A stretch of 64,000 bases of DNA from Mycobacterium sp. (GCF_039583785.1 NZ_JAVKSG010000006.1:5163-69162); one strand, 5' to 3'; shown: positions 11,576 to 22,817, counted from the first letter of the stretch. Notes: generated by a model not told the origin, from the sequence alone. Program-made: numbers and translations.

Positions 11576-12735
11576 GCCGCACCCCGACCTTGCTGGCCGT
11601 GGTCGGTCAGCCGCAACAACAACGCGAGCGCCGCCTGCGCGTCACCCGCAGCCGCGTCGTCCGCGCGCGCGGTCGTCATCAGTTCCTCGACCGCGTCGGC
11701 GGCGAACCCGCCGATGCCCAGGTCGCTGAACTCGCCGTCGGCCGGAATCACCGCGAGATCGCTGTGGCTGTCCCACACCCGTAGCGACGCGAACAGCCGC
11801 GAATACTTGTCCAGGCAGCCGTCGAGCCCGGCCCGGTCGGTGACGGTCAACGAGCCAATCAGGGCCAGCCGCAACACGGTTCGGTCCTTGTCGGGCATCA
11901 GGTCGAGGTTCATCTCGAGGGCGGCGATGTCGCGGCTGGTGTCCACGTGCCGGCTCAGCGTGCTGAATCGCCACCGGCCGATGCGCGGGGCATCGACGGT
12001 CACCGGACGCTGCGGATCCGCCTCGTCGATGTCGACGATCAGTACGTGGCCGGGAACGGCCTCGACGTCGTCGTAGTTGGTGACTTCCGGCGAACCCGAA
12101 TACCAGACCCGACCGGTGCTTCCCACGTCGGTCAGCGAGTGCTTGTCGCCGAGCGCCACGTAGTGAATTGCGCCGCGCGCCAGCGCATCTTCTACCCCGG
12201 CCAGTCGGATCAGTGCGGCCCTGGTGAGGTCGGGGTCGAGCACATCGACGCCGCCGTGGGCGACGAGCACGCGGGTGATCCCGTCGGCCGGCAGTCCCTC
12301 GAGCGCGTCGGCAACCAGGTCGGTGGTCGGCGCCTTGGACCGCCATGGCGCCGCGACGATCTGCAGCCCGGGCCGGACCTCGTGGACGCCGGCGCGATCG
12401 AGCACGCGCACGTTGGCCGAGCGCTCGGCGTTGAACAATGCGCTGGTGTACACCGAGGACGCGTCCAGCGGATCGTGGTTACCGGGCAACAGGTAGACCG
12501 GAATTCCGATGGCGCGCATGGCTTCCAGGGACTGGCTGATGACCGCCGGCGCCAGCTGGTTGTGCTCGAAGACGTCGCCGGAAACCACGACGAACTCGGC
12601 ACCGGCCTCGGCGGCCAGCCGGCCGAGTCCGGCTACCGCGTCGCGCCGGGCGGCCGAGTAGCGCGGCTGGGCTTCGCCGGCGAGGAAGTGACGGGTCATG
12701 CCGAGTTGCCAGTCGGCGGTGTGCACGAATCGCAT
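11572..12735 (-). CDS. Mre11/SbcD-like metallophosphoesterase (Rv1277-like)
   Basis: HTADWQLG, GDVFE, PGNHD, AHGG, LGDKH phosphoesterase motifs; ATGA-coupled to the ATPase. Confidence 0.9.
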   Translation of the reverse strand: MRFVHTADWQLGMTRHFLAGEAQPRYSAARRDAVAGLGRLAAEAGAEFVVVSGDVFEHNQLAPAVISQSLEAMRAIGIPVYLLPGNHDPLDASSVYTSALFNAERSANVRVLDRAGVHEVRPGLQIVAAPWRSKAPTTDLVADALEGLPADGITRVLVAHGGVDVLDPDLTRAALIRLAGVEDALARGAIHYVALGDKHSLTDVGSTGRVWYSGSPEVTNYDDVEAVPGHVLIVDIDEADPQRPVTVDAPRIGRWRFSTLSRHVDTSRDIAALEMNLDLMPDKDRTVLRLALIGSLTVTDRAGLDGCLDKYSRLFASLRVWDSHSDLAVIPADGEFSDLGIGGFAADAVEELMTTARADDAAAGDAQAALALLLRLTDHGQQGRGAA

Positions 12736-12928
12736 CGCGACCGGAGTCCCTTCTACCTGATCACCGGTCGGTGCGACCGGTCATGGCGAAGTTTAGGACC
12801 GCCCACCGACAAGTCCGGGGACCTCCCGCGGCAGGTCCGGCGCCGGTCAACAGTATCGAGACCCATCCATGCGCAGGTGTCACAGCAGCAACACAGGCCC
12901 CCGGGAGAGCTGCCGTAACCTCAACCGG

Positions 12929-13429
12929 ATGAGCGACCGAACCCTGGTTCTGCTGCGTCACGCAAAATCGGCCTACCCCGACGGCGTCGCCGACCACGAC
13001 CGGCCGCTGGCACCCCGCGGTCAGCGCGAAGCCGGACTGGCCGGGGACTGGCTGCGCAGCCATCTGCCCACGATCGACCAGGTGTTGTGCTCGACCGCGA
13101 CCCGCACCCGCGAAACGTTGGCGCGCACCGCGATTGATGCGCCGGTCCGCTACGTCGAGCGACTCTACGACTGCACTCCGGGCATCGTCATCGACGAGAT
13201 CAACGGCGTCAGCGATAACGTCTCGACGTTACTGGTCGTCGGCCATGAGCCGACGACGTCCAGCCTCGCCCTGCAACTGGCTGACCCGGAGAGCGCCAAC
13301 ACTGCGGCCGCCGAACGGATCTCGGTGAAGTTTCCGACGTCGGCGATGGCCGTACTTAGCCTCGACGGCAGCTGGGCGGACCTCGAACTCGGGTCCGCCC
13401 AGCTGGTCGATTTTCACGTGCCGCGCTAG
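12929..13429 (+). CDS. sixA: SixA-family phosphohistidine phosphatase (Rv1276c-like)
   Basis: LVLLRHAKS, CSTATRTRET, VGHEP motifs; start moved to ATG 12929. Confidence 0.88.
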   Translation: MSDRTLVLLRHAKSAYPDGVADHDRPLAPRGQREAGLAGDWLRSHLPTIDQVLCSTATRTRETLARTAIDAPVRYVERLYDCTPGIVIDEINGVSDNVSTLLVVGHEPTTSSLALQLADPESANTAAAERISVKFPTSAMAVLSLDGSWADLELGSAQLVDFHVPR

Positions 13430-13445
13430 CCGCGGCTACGACGGG

Positions 13446-14036
13446 TTATTTGCAGATCTCGACGATCTTCTTGATCTTGTCGTCGAGGCTTTGCCGCAGT
13501 TCGTCCTGCGCGAAGTCCTGCGCCCCGGCGAGGTAGCCGATGCTGAGTTCCTCGAGCTGCGTCCCGAGCGCATTCGCATTGTCCGCCAAGTCTTTCGGCG
13601 TCGCCGACTCGGCGGCCACCCGGTCGCGCAGGAATGCTCCACCGTCGTAGAACGCGAAGCGCTGGGCGGTCGCGACCGACAACGCACCGATCGGCCCGCC
13701 GTTTTCCGGGTTCTTCAGGTGCGAGTTCCTGACCACGGCACGGTCGACAATCTTGAAGGTATCGCAGATTTTCTTCTTGGAGTCGCTCCGTTGCTGGTCG
13801 CTGTACTTGCCCGACGCCGCCGCGCTCTCGTTCGGGTAGAAATACCCGTAAGCAGCGCCCGCGACGCCGAGAATCGCCAGCACCAACGCCGCCACCGCCA
13901 GCCAGAAGGGCAGCTTCGACGGTCTAGCAGCGTGCGACGTCGGCGTCGTTGCTGCAGGCGCGGTGGTGGGTGCGGCGACGGATTCGGTGACGTCCTCGGA
14001 TGCGGACGACGGCTCGTTTGAGGGTGTTTCAGACAT
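13446..14036 (-). CDS. Mycobacterial Ala/Pro/Thr-rich single-pass membrane protein
   Basis: A/P/T-rich N-terminus, TM segment FWLAVAALVLAILGVAGAAYGYF, helical domain bounded by two Cys; TACGAT lies 6 nt before ATG on the minus strand (leaderless-type). Confidence 0.75.
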   Translation of the reverse strand: MSETPSNEPSSASEDVTESVAAPTTAPAATTPTSHAARPSKLPFWLAVAALVLAILGVAGAAYGYFYPNESAAASGKYSDQQRSDSKKKICDTFKIVDRAVVRNSHLKNPENGGPIGALSVATAQRFAFYDGGAFLRDRVAAESATPKDLADNANALGTQLEELSIGYLAGAQDFAQDELRQSLDDKIKKIVEICK

Positions 14037-14249
14037 TCGTCGATCGTATAGGCCACGACTCGCGGCCCGTAACCATTTCAAGAGTGAATAACCCAACTTG
14101 GTTTATCGCTTCCAGCGCTCAACCACCGATCGTCGAGCCACGATTTCCCACCCCAGCTAGCGCTAGCCCGCTGGCAATGCCGCCAGCCAACGTGATTACG
14201 CCGACGGCCGATTTCCTCGGTCGGGCTCGCGCATGGCGTTGGTGGCCAG

Positions 14250-14362
14250 GTCAGGAGTTGCAGCCACGCCTGTTCGGCAGCAAGTGCGTCGTCGAATGTT
14301 GCGAGCCGTGCCTGCTGATGAATTGCGACATCCAGGACGCAGCAGTCCGGCAGTTTTAGCCC
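14250..14362 (-). pseudogene. vapC: C-terminal relic of a PIN-domain VapC toxin
   Basis: GLKLPDCCVLDVAIHQQARLATFDDALAA matches the actinobacterial PIN C-terminal pattern (LKLPDCCVL...ATFD..LA); no start or N-terminal half. Confidence 0.7.
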
Positions 14363-14368
14363 CCTGCC

Positions 14369-14401
14369 GGCGCCGAGTTCGGCGTGGCTGACCTCGGCGC
14401 C
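14369..14401 (-). terminator. Hairpin downstream of lprC
   Basis: GGCGCCGAG (14369-14377) / CTCGGCGCC (14393-14401), 9-bp stem, 35 nt after the lprC stop. Confidence 0.5.
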
Positions 14402-14436
14402 ATGGCCGCGTTCCGCGTAGCGCGTAGCGCGACCGA

Positions 14437-14994
14437 TCAGGAATTGGTCGAGAGCGTGAGCTCCATGAGTTTGATGGCCTGCGCGCAGGCGTCGATGCCA
14501 GGCACTTGCGGATTCACCCACCACCCGACCACGCCCGCCGCGTCGCTGGCGACACCGCACGCGCCGTTGGGGTCGTTCGGTTTCATCACGATCGACGGCA
14601 CACCGGCGATTGCCCGGTTCTCGATCTGATATTTCAAGAATTCGGCAACCTTGCGCTCGTTGTCCAGGCTGCCCTGCTCGAACCAGAACCGGGTGATGTC
14701 GATCAGTCCGCCCGGATTGGCGGCCTGCCAGCGGCAGATCGCACCGACGAAGGTGCTCTGAATGTCCTGCGGGTCCGCGCCGACCGTCTTGGCCAGCACG
14801 TCGGTGGTCAGGACTTCACATTCCTTCTGCAGGTTCGGGTACTGCTGCTCGGAGGTGTTGTTGCGGGGCACATCACCGGCGCCGGCTTTCTGCGCGGTTC
14901 CGCCGACCGACCTGGTACAGCCGGTCGACACCGACAACGCCGTGGCCAGTACCGCCACGCTCACCAGAACCCGGCGACGCACATGGGCACTCAT
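14437..14994 (-). CDS. lprC: Lipoprotein LprC (DUF3558 family, Rv1275-like)
   Basis: Lipobox STGC; QQYPNLQKECEVL, AICRWQAANP, ITRFWFEQGSL; ATGA overlap with lprB. Confidence 0.88.
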   Translation of the reverse strand: MSAHVRRRVLVSVAVLATALSVSTGCTRSVGGTAQKAGAGDVPRNNTSEQQYPNLQKECEVLTTDVLAKTVGADPQDIQSTFVGAICRWQAANPGGLIDITRFWFEQGSLDNERKVAEFLKYQIENRAIAGVPSIVMKPNDPNGACGVASDAAGVVGWWVNPQVPGIDACAQAIKLMELTLSTNS

Positions 14995-15551
14995 TTGCCA
15001 TTCGCAATCGTCTGGCGCGCCAGCTCTTTGGCGATGTTGCAGGCGTCGGGATACGGCTTCTGATTGAAGTTCACCGACCATTCGATGAAGTCGTCGTTGA
15101 ACTGGATTCCTACTTCGCACAGCGAGTCACCCAGCTGCGGGTCGTTGCCGACGGCGATGAAGCCGCCGTGGCCGCTGATGTTGATGTCTTCGACACTCGA
15201 CCGCGACAGCTCCTCGGTTTTGCGCTCACGTCCGATCGGACTCCCCCGGTACCACGAGAAGGAGAAGTGCGGCCCGAGTATCCCGCCGCCGGCCAGCCAC
15301 TGGCAGCCCACCGAGTTTTTGGCGGTGTTGACCAGCCCGTTGATCTGCGTCAGCTTGTTCATCGTCTCGTCGGTGACGCCGCCGCACTGCGGGAACATCG
15401 GACCATGGGTCCCGTTGCCCGACGACCGCGCCGTCGACCCTTGCGACTGGGCCTGATTGGAGCCGGAATCAGAGCATGCGGCCGCCATCGGAACCAAGAC
15501 TGCTGCCGCGCACGCAAGCGCCGCCACACGATGCCGCACCGCTACCCGCAC
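14991..15551 (-). CDS. lprB: Lipoprotein LprB (Rv1274-like)
   Basis: AAACSDSG lipobox; HGPMFPQCGG, GPHFSFSWYRGSPIGRERK. GTG start at 15551 inferred. Confidence 0.85.
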   Translation of the reverse strand: MRVAVRHRVAALACAAAVLVPMAAACSDSGSNQAQSQGSTARSSGNGTHGPMFPQCGGVTDETMNKLTQINGLVNTAKNSVGCQWLAGGGILGPHFSFSWYRGSPIGRERKTEELSRSSVEDINISGHGGFIAVGNDPQLGDSLCEVGIQFNDDFIEWSVNFNQKPYPDACNIAKELARQTIANGK

Positions 15552-15647
15552 CTTCTGGTGATCACAGGTTGCACTGTAGCGGCACCACCTCATGCCAACC
15601 ATCGCACACGCGGTGAGCAGTGGTTTCTTGTGTGCAAGAGTGACGGG

Positions 15648-17387
15648 ATGCTCGTGGCACTGCTGCGCCGGTTCGCGCGGCCGTACCGATGGCTGCTGGC
15701 GGCGGTGCTGGCGCTGCAGTTGGTCAGCACCCTGGCCTCGCTGTATCTGCCGACGGTGAACGCCACGATCATCGACGACGGCATCACCAACGGCGACACC
15801 GCCACCATCGTCCGCCTCGGAGGCCTGATGTTCGGCGTGACGGCGCTGCAGGTGCTCTGCGCGGTCGGCGCGGTCTACTTCGGCTCCCGCGCCGGGATGG
15901 GCTTCGGCCGCGACCTGCGCTCGGCGATGTTCCATCGAGTCACCACGTTCTCCGAGCACGAGACCGCGCGCTTCGGTGCGCCGACGCTGCTGACCCGCAC
16001 CACCAACGACGTGCGCCAGATCCAGTTTCTGATCCAGATGGGCAGCACGGTCCTGGTCGCCGCCCCGATCATGTGCGTGGGCGGCATCGCCATGGCCATT
16101 CGGCAGGACGCCGGGCTGTCCTGGCTGCTACTGGTCAGCGTGCCGGTGCTGGTGGTGGCCAATGGCCGGATCATTTCCCGGACGCTGCCGCTGTTCCGCA
16201 GCATGCAGCGGCTGATCGACAACATCAACCGCGTCGTGCGCGAGCAACTGTCCGGTGTGCGAGTGGTGCGTGCGTTCGCACGGGAGCCCTTCGAGCGTCA
16301 ACGATTCGACGACGCCAACGTGGCACTCTCTGGCACCGCGCAGGCCGCCGGCAACTGGCAGGCGATGATGCTGCCGGTCACCACGCTGACCATCAACTGC
16401 TCCAGCGTGGCGCTGATCTGGTTCGGCGGCTTGCGAATCGACAGCGGCGAGATGCAAGTCGGGTCGCTGATCGCCTTTCTGGTCTACTTCACCCAGATCC
16501 TGATGGCCGTGCTGATGGCGACGATGACCGTGATGGTGTTGCCGCGGGCCGCGGTATGCGCCGAACGGATCACCGAGGTGCTGTCGACAACCCCGGCTGT
16601 CCGCAACCCGTCGAATCCGCTGCGGCCGATTGCGCCTCCGGGCGTGGTTCGGCTCGCCGGTGCATCCTTCCGCTATCCCGGCGCGGAGCGTGCTGTGCTG
16701 CAAGGTATCTCATTGACGGCGCAACCTGGAACCAACACCGCGATCATCGGCAGCACCGGTTCGGGTAAGTCGACCCTGGTGGCGCTGATCTGCCGGTTGT
16801 ACGACGCGACCACCGGCGCCGTCCTGGTCGGCGGGGTCGACGTCCGTGACCGCGATGTCGAGGAGTTGTGGTCCTCGATCGGTCTGGTACCGCAACGCGG
16901 CTACCTGTTCACCGGAACCGTCGCCGAAAACCTGCGCTACGGGAAAGCGGACGCGACCGCCGACGAGATGTGGGAAGCGCTGCGGGTAGCGGCCGCCGAC
17001 TTTGTGCGCGAGCACGCCGACGGCCTGCAGATGCGGGTCGCGCAGGGCGGGGTCAACTTCTCCGGCGGACAGCGGCAGCGGTTGGCGATCGCGCGGGCGG
17101 TAATCCGTCGCCCGGCGATCTACGTGTTCGACGATGCATTCTCCGCACTCGACGTACACACCGACGCCCTGGTGCGCGCCAGGCTCGCCGAGATCGCCGC
17201 GGATGCGACAGTTATCGTTGTGACGCAACGTATTTCGACGATCATCGACGCCGACCAGGTGGTCGTCATCGAGGACGGCCGGATCGTGGCGACCGGGACT
17301 CACGATTTGCTGTTGGCGGAGTCGGCCACCTACCGGGAGTTCGCCGCATCGCAATCGCTGGACGCCGAAGTGGGCGGTGCGCGATGA
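15648..17387 (+). CDS. Heterodimeric ABC exporter subunit with degenerate NBD (Rv1273c-like)
   Basis: TMD plus NBD; [16 protein letters not shown], non-canonical VFDDAFS Walker B and VTQR H-loop. Confidence 0.92.
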   Translation: MLVALLRRFARPYRWLLAAVLALQLVSTLASLYLPTVNATIIDDGITNGDTATIVRLGGLMFGVTALQVLCAVGAVYFGSRAGMGFGRDLRSAMFHRVTTFSEHETARFGAPTLLTRTTNDVRQIQFLIQMGSTVLVAAPIMCVGGIAMAIRQDAGLSWLLLVSVPVLVVANGRIISRTLPLFRSMQRLIDNINRVVREQLSGVRVVRAFAREPFERQRFDDANVALSGTAQAAGNWQAMMLPVTTLTINCSSVALIWFGGLRIDSGEMQVGSLIAFLVYFTQILMAVLMATMTVMVLPRAAVCAERITEVLSTTPAVRNPSNPLRPIAPPGVVRLAGASFRYPGAERAVLQGISLTAQPGTNTAIIGSTGSGKSTLVALICRLYDATTGAVLVGGVDVRDRDVEELWSSIGLVPQRGYLFTGTVAENLRYGKADATADEMWEALRVAAADFVREHADGLQMRVAQGGVNFSGGQRQRLAIARAVIRRPAIYVFDDAFSALDVHTDALVRARLAEIAADATVIVVTQRISTIIDADQVVVIEDGRIVATGTHDLLLAESATYREFAASQSLDAEVGGAR

Positions 17388-19291
17388 CTTCCGCCACGAC
17401 GCGCAAGGTCACCGCTCCCCCGACCATGCGACCTCGTGACTTCCGAGGATCAACGGTCCGCCTGGTGAAGCTGCTGGCGCCGCAACGGCGCACGGCCGTC
17501 GCGGTGATGGCGCTGAGCATCCTCGGCACCGTCGTCGGCGTCGTCGTCCCGCGGATCCTCGGCCACGCCACCGACCTGCTCTTCAACGGCGTCATCGGTC
17601 GCCGGCTGCCCGCGGGCATCACCAAGCAACAGGCCGTCGCCGCGGCGCGGGCCCACGGCGACAACACCTTCGCCGACCTGCTGTCCGGTATGCACGTCGT
17701 CCCCGGCCACGGCGTCGACTTCGACGCGGTCGCCCGCACGCTCGCACTCGCGCTGGGCATGTATGTGCTTGCCGCGGCGATGATTTACGCGCAGGCCCGG
17801 CTGCTCAACGTCACCGTCCGACGGTCGCTGCAGGCGCTTCGGTCAGACGTCGAAGACAAGCTGCACCGGCTGCCGCTGACCTACTTCGACACCCGGCGAC
17901 GGGGCGAGATCCTCAGCCGGGTCACCAACGACATCGACAACCTGCAGACGTCGCTGTCGATGACGATCACCCAATTGCTCAGCGCGGTGCTGACGGTCGC
18001 CACCGTATTGCTGATGATGCTGAGTATCTCGGCACTGCTGACCGGGCTGGCCCTACTGACTGTGCCGCTGTCGATCGTCGTCACACGGGCGATCGCCCGG
18101 CGTTCCCAGCGGCTGTTCGTCGCGCAGTGGACCAACACCGGACGGCTCAACGCCCACATCGAAGAGAGCTACAGCGGCTTCACGCTGGTGCGTACCTACG
18201 GCCAGCGGGCTCGGATCGAGGACGAATTCCGTCAGCTCAACCACGACATGTACGAGGCAAGCTTTGGCGCTCAACTGATTTCGGGGATGGTGGCACCGGC
18301 GACCACGTTCATCGGCAACCTCAGCTACGTCGCGGTCGCGGTGGTCGGTGGTATTCAGGTGGCCACCGGGCAGATCACCGTGGGCAACATCCAGGCGTTC
18401 ATCCAGTACGTGCGCCAGTTCAACGCACCGCTGAATCAGGTGGCCTCGATGTACAACGCCCTGCAGTCCGGGTTGGCCAGCGCCGAGCGGGTGTTCGAAC
18501 TGCTCGACGAGCCCGAGGAATCGCCGGACCGCGCTGCATCGCTACCTGATGCCAAAGGGCCAACGGGCCGAGTCGAATTCGACCACGTCAGCTTCGGCTA
18601 TCAGCCGGGCACGACGGTGATCGACGACCTGTCGTTTATTGCCGAACCGGGCAGCACCGTCGCGATCGTCGGACCGACCGGAGTGGGCAAAACGACGCTG
18701 GTGAACCTGCTGATGCGGTTCTACGACGTCGACTCCGGCCGGATCCTGATCGACGGCGTCGACATCACGGAGGTCAGTCGGCAGTCGCTGCGTGCACGCA
18801 TCGGGATGGTGCTGCAGGACACCTGGCTGTTCAGCGGGACGATCGCGCAGAACATCGGCTACGGACGGCCCGACGCCTCCGACGACGAGGTGGTCGCCGC
18901 GGCCAAGGCGGCTTACGTCGACCGGTTCGTGCATTCGCTGCCGGACGGCTACGACACTCAGGTGAGCGATGGCGGGAGCAACATCAGCGCCGGCGAGCGG
19001 CAGTTGATCACCATTGCGCGGGCATTCCTGGCCCGCCCGCAGCTGCTGGTGCTGGATGAAGCGACCAGCGCGGTGGACACCCGGACCGAGTTGCTGATCG
19101 CCAAAGCGACCCATGAGCTTCGCCGTGACCGAACGAGTTTTATTGTCGCTCATCGTCTTTCGACGATCCACGATGCCGACGTGATCTTGGTGATGCAGGC
19201 GGGCAAGATCGTCGAGCGGGGTAACCACGGCGAGCTGCTGGCCCGCCGTGGCACCTATTACCGGATGACCCAGGCTGCTCAGCCACTCTGA
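17384..19291 (+). CDS. Heterodimeric ABC exporter subunit (Rv1272c-like)
   Basis: TMD plus NBD; [28 protein letters not shown]; ATGA overlap. Confidence 0.92.
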   Translation: MTSATTRKVTAPPTMRPRDFRGSTVRLVKLLAPQRRTAVAVMALSILGTVVGVVVPRILGHATDLLFNGVIGRRLPAGITKQQAVAAARAHGDNTFADLLSGMHVVPGHGVDFDAVARTLALALGMYVLAAAMIYAQARLLNVTVRRSLQALRSDVEDKLHRLPLTYFDTRRRGEILSRVTNDIDNLQTSLSMTITQLLSAVLTVATVLLMMLSISALLTGLALLTVPLSIVVTRAIARRSQRLFVAQWTNTGRLNAHIEESYSGFTLVRTYGQRARIEDEFRQLNHDMYEASFGAQLISGMVAPATTFIGNLSYVAVAVVGGIQVATGQITVGNIQAFIQYVRQFNAPLNQVASMYNALQSGLASAERVFELLDEPEESPDRAASLPDAKGPTGRVEFDHVSFGYQPGTTVIDDLSFIAEPGSTVAIVGPTGVGKTTLVNLLMRFYDVDSGRILIDGVDITEVSRQSLRARIGMVLQDTWLFSGTIAQNIGYGRPDASDDEVVAAAKAAYVDRFVHSLPDGYDTQVSDGGSNISAGERQLITIARAFLARPQLLVLDEATSAVDTRTELLIAKATHELRRDRTSFIVAHRLSTIHDADVILVMQAGKIVERGNHGELLARRGTYYRMTQAAQPL

Positions 19292-19422
19292 TCCCACCGT
19301 TGACACCAGCACCGGCACCTCACCTGTTTTCCAAACGACGACACATGCGATATCACCGTCGGTAGGCCGGTGGCCGCGAATTGAAAAAGAGGGCAACCCT
19401 CCAGCCAGTGGCTGCTGAGGAC

Positions 19423-19980
19423 CTAGAGTTCGGGACCTTCGGCACGCAAGTCGTCGACCACGGTCATGGCGTCGCGCAGCCTGGCCAGCCACTCTTCGGT
19501 GTGCTCGCCGACCAACTTGACCGACCAGGCCAGCGCGTCGGAGCGCGAACGTGCCACACCCGCGTCGACCAGGGTGTCGAGCACCTGACGCTCCGGCTGC
19601 TTCAACCGGGTCATCACCGGAACCGCGATGTGGGTGAACAAGACCCGCTCGCCGGCCACCTGCACACCCCAGGAAACCTTGCGGCCGTAGCGGCGCTGCG
19701 CCTCGTCGGCGATGCTCATCCGCTCCGAACGGGTCTGCTCACGAAATCGCGCGGCCCGACCTTCGGCGTGCGCGTCGGATTCGTCCTTGCCGGAGTCCGG
19801 CAGCTTTCCGATGACGGTGATTTCTTCGCGGTCGACCACTACGGTCGGCTCGCCGTCGAACCAGGCGTCCGGCAGACGGCCGGCGAACCAGTTGGCGGCA
19901 TCGCCGGCCTCGGGTTGGCCGGCTTGCTGCCAACCGCCGGGGCGGCCGTGGCGCCGCCTGCCTCCATGATGGTGACTCAT
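19423..19980 (-). CDS. Conserved hypothetical protein (Rv1265-like)
   Basis: WFAGRLPDAWFDG, RYGRKVSWGV, PVMTRLKQPERQVLDTLVDAGVARSRS; syntenic position. Confidence 0.85.
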   Translation of the reverse strand: MSHHHGGRRRHGRPGGWQQAGQPEAGDAANWFAGRLPDAWFDGEPTVVVDREEITVIGKLPDSGKDESDAHAEGRAARFREQTRSERMSIADEAQRRYGRKVSWGVQVAGERVLFTHIAVPVMTRLKQPERQVLDTLVDAGVARSRSDALAWSVKLVGEHTEEWLARLRDAMTVVDDLRAEGPEL

Positions 19981-20166
19981 GCTTACATAATTACATCATT
20001 ACACCGATTGTCACAGCGGTTTCACTCCCCGCGAAACCTGAGAGCAACTGGGCGTAGCAGGTAGCTCAAAGACGCCGGGATGGGCCCACGTCGCGACACC
20101 GCCGTCACGTACGAGACGCTGACCTGGGATATCTCGCCCGACGCGGGGTTTGTGCGCGCGGCGCGC

Positions 20167-21276
20167 TCAGCTTCCGCCCCGACGGGCGCGGAACAGCTTC
20201 ACCTCGCCCTTGATGCCTTTGAGTCGGCGCGCTCCGGCGAACGACCAGGTGAACCCCGCGTTGTCGCCGAGTTCGTCGCGCACCGACTCCGCCGCCAGCA
20301 CCGTGCCCGGTCGGGCCGCCGCCGTCACCCGGCTGGCGGTGTTCACCGGGCTGCCGAACCAGTCTCCGGCCCGGCTGACCGCCGAACCCGACGCGATACC
20401 GGCCCGCAGCCGGGGAAAGTCGTTGTCGCTGTCGGTCATGTCGACCAGCTTGAGCACGGCGTCCAGCAGCGGCGCGGGCTCGGTGCAGATGAACATCACC
20501 GCATCGCCGATCGTCTTGATGAACCGCACCGGCGGAACCGCCACGTCGCGGGCCATCTCGGCGAGCCGGTTGGCCAGCTGCCCGAGCTCTTCGGGGGGCA
20601 CCTCCTCGCCCAGCCGGGTGAACCCGACCAGGTCGGCGAACGCGGCGGTGATGTGCCGCGCCCCAGGCAACGGCGCCCCCGCGGCCCGCTCGCCGGCGTT
20701 GACGGCCTCGGTCTCCATCATGTGCCGCAGCTGCATGAACAGCATGTCCTCGATCATCGGCCCGAGCAGCGGCGCGACGCGGCCCACCAACTCCTGGAAC
20801 GCTTTCGCGGTGTCCACTTCACGGGCGCCGGGTTGCAGGATGGCCGACCATGCGGTGAAACGCATGACTTCGGCGGCGTGCGAAAGCCCTTCGGCGAGAA
20901 CGCGAACGACCTGCACCACCTGGTCGGGGTCGATGCCGAGGTCCAAGAACTGCTTCGCGTGGGCGGCGGCGGCCCCGTCGGCGCGCAGATGCACAGCCGC
21001 GTCGGGATCGTCGACGCGCACCAAACCAATCGCGCGTTGCACGCGCTGCAACAGGTCAAGGTCGATCCCGTACTCGTCGGCGATGTCGCGCGTCGACACG
21101 TAATCGCCGTCGTCACCCATCAGGCGGCGGGAGGCCACCAACATCGGGACCGGCGCCGACCGGATCTCATCGGCGGTGATGCCCTGCTCGACGAGCCACT
21201 CGATCAGCTCGGCGCGCTCGTCACGCGCGTCGCCTTGCAGACCGTCGAGCAGTTTGTCGTTCTCCGCGTGGTCCAC
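20167..21276 (-). CDS. Class III adenylate cyclase with N-terminal regulatory domain (Rv1264-like)
   Basis: [28 protein letters not shown] catalytic motifs. Confidence 0.93.
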   Translation of the reverse strand: MDHAENDKLLDGLQGDARDERAELIEWLVEQGITADEIRSAPVPMLVASRRLMGDDGDYVSTRDIADEYGIDLDLLQRVQRAIGLVRVDDPDAAVHLRADGAAAAHAKQFLDLGIDPDQVVQVVRVLAEGLSHAAEVMRFTAWSAILQPGAREVDTAKAFQELVGRVAPLLGPMIEDMLFMQLRHMMETEAVNAGERAAGAPLPGARHITAAFADLVGFTRLGEEVPPEELGQLANRLAEMARDVAVPPVRFIKTIGDAVMFICTEPAPLLDAVLKLVDMTDSDNDFPRLRAGIASGSAVSRAGDWFGSPVNTASRVTAAARPGTVLAAESVRDELGDNAGFTWSFAGARRLKGIKGEVKLFRARRGGS

Positions 21277-21371
21277 CTGGTCAAGTTATCCGATGGCCAC
21301 ACCGCTGCTCCACCGGTTCCCGACCGTCGTCGACGACACCGCCCGGCTGCTGATCCTGGGTTATCGCGCCG

Positions 21372-22763
21372 TCATGACACCGGCGGGCGGCGCTGCGCCC
21401 ACGGCCGGGCGACCTCGATCTGCGCGCCCAGCGCCAGCAGCGTCGCCTCGTCGTTCGGGCGGCCGACCAACTGGATCGACAGCGGAACACCCTTGTCGTC
21501 GAGGCCCCACGGCACGGCCGCAGCGGGTTGACCGGTCAGATTCCAGATCTCGAAAAACGGCACCCGCTGCGACACCGCCAGCAGGGTCGCGATGCCGCCG
21601 AGGCGTTGGTAGGCCCCGATCCGCGACGGCCCGGTGGCATTGCCGGGTGTGACGACGACGTCGACGTCGTCGAAGATCGACTGGATCCGCCCGGCCAGCG
21701 CGGCTTCCGCGGCACGGATCTTCGCCATCCGCCGGTCGGGGATCAGCGACCCGATGCGGGCCATGGTGCGGGTGCGCTTCTCGAGCCGGTCTTGATGCGG
21801 CATCACCCGGACGTCGTCGTAGATGCCGCGGAAAAAGCGCGGCAGGAAGTTGCCGTAGACCGCCGACGGCGGATAGTCCGGATCGCGGACGACGACGTCG
21901 TGGCCGAGCTCGCGCAGCAGCGCGCCGGTCGCATCGACCGCGGCCCGCTGCTGGTTACCGACCTTGGCGATCAGCGGCGGTGGAACCTTGGTGCTCAACG
22001 CAATTCGGAGCCGGCCCGGATGCCTGGCCGCGGCGCCGACGAAGCCACCGTCGGGCGCGGGCGTCGTGGTCGTGGCGTCCAGGAACACCGCCGCGTCTTG
22101 CACCGTCCGCGCGAGCGGCCCGTTCACGCTCAACCCGCACCAGGCGTCGTGGTGCGGCGCCAGCGAAACCCGATCCCGCTGCGGCTTGATCCCGAACAGC
22201 CCGCACCAGCCCGACGGGATGCGGATCGAGCCGGCGCCGTCGGAGCCCAGCGCCAGCGGCGCGAGGCCGGCGGCCACCGCGGCGCCGCTACCGCCGCTGC
22301 TTCCCCCCGGCGTGAGCGCAGTGTCCCAGGGATTGCGGGTCGCCCCGAACGTCAACGATTCGGTGAACGGGAAGATCATCAGCTCGGGCACAGCGGTTTT
22401 GCCGATAATCACCGCACCGGCCGCGCGCAGCCGCCGGACCACCTCCGCGTCCTGGGCAGCCGGGGTCGCGACCGCGCTACTGCCGCACGCTGTGAGTTCC
22501 CCGGCGACGTCGATGTCGTCCTTGATCGCGACCGGAACACCGAGCAGTGGCAGTCGCTCGCCGGCGTCGAGGCGGCGCTGGGCGGCCAGCGCTTCCCGGC
22601 GCGCGGTGTGCGCCAGCACCACCCGGTAGCTGCGCAACTGCGGGTCCAACCGCGCGATGCGGTCCAGGTAGACCTCGAGCAGCGCCGGAGCGGTGATGCT
22701 GGCCGCGGCCAGCATCCGCGCCTGCTCGGCCGCTCCCGCGAAGGCCAGATCGGCTATGTCCAC
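21372..22763 (-). CDS. Amidase signature family protein (Rv1263/AmiB2-like)
   Basis: IKD, GGSSGGS, GSDGAGSIRIP amidase triad motifs. Confidence 0.92.
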   Translation of the reverse strand: MDIADLAFAGAAEQARMLAAASITAPALLEVYLDRIARLDPQLRSYRVVLAHTARREALAAQRRLDAGERLPLLGVPVAIKDDIDVAGELTACGSSAVATPAAQDAEVVRRLRAAGAVIIGKTAVPELMIFPFTESLTFGATRNPWDTALTPGGSSGGSGAAVAAGLAPLALGSDGAGSIRIPSGWCGLFGIKPQRDRVSLAPHHDAWCGLSVNGPLARTVQDAAVFLDATTTTPAPDGGFVGAAARHPGRLRIALSTKVPPPLIAKVGNQQRAAVDATGALLRELGHDVVVRDPDYPPSAVYGNFLPRFFRGIYDDVRVMPHQDRLEKRTRTMARIGSLIPDRRMAKIRAAEAALAGRIQSIFDDVDVVVTPGNATGPSRIGAYQRLGGIATLLAVSQRVPFFEIWNLTGQPAAAVPWGLDDKGVPLSIQLVGRPNDEATLLALGAQIEVARPWAQRRPPVS

Positions 22764-22817
22764 GTCGAGGCAGACTACCCACTTGGCCGGCGCCGCGGAC
22801 CGCTACCGTGACGTCTT

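Noticed and set aside
15648-19291. Non-canonical Walker B (DD), H-loop (Q) and signature (SAGE) in the ABC pair
   Set aside because: Standard degenerate/consensus site asymmetry of heterodimeric ABC exporters; not novel.
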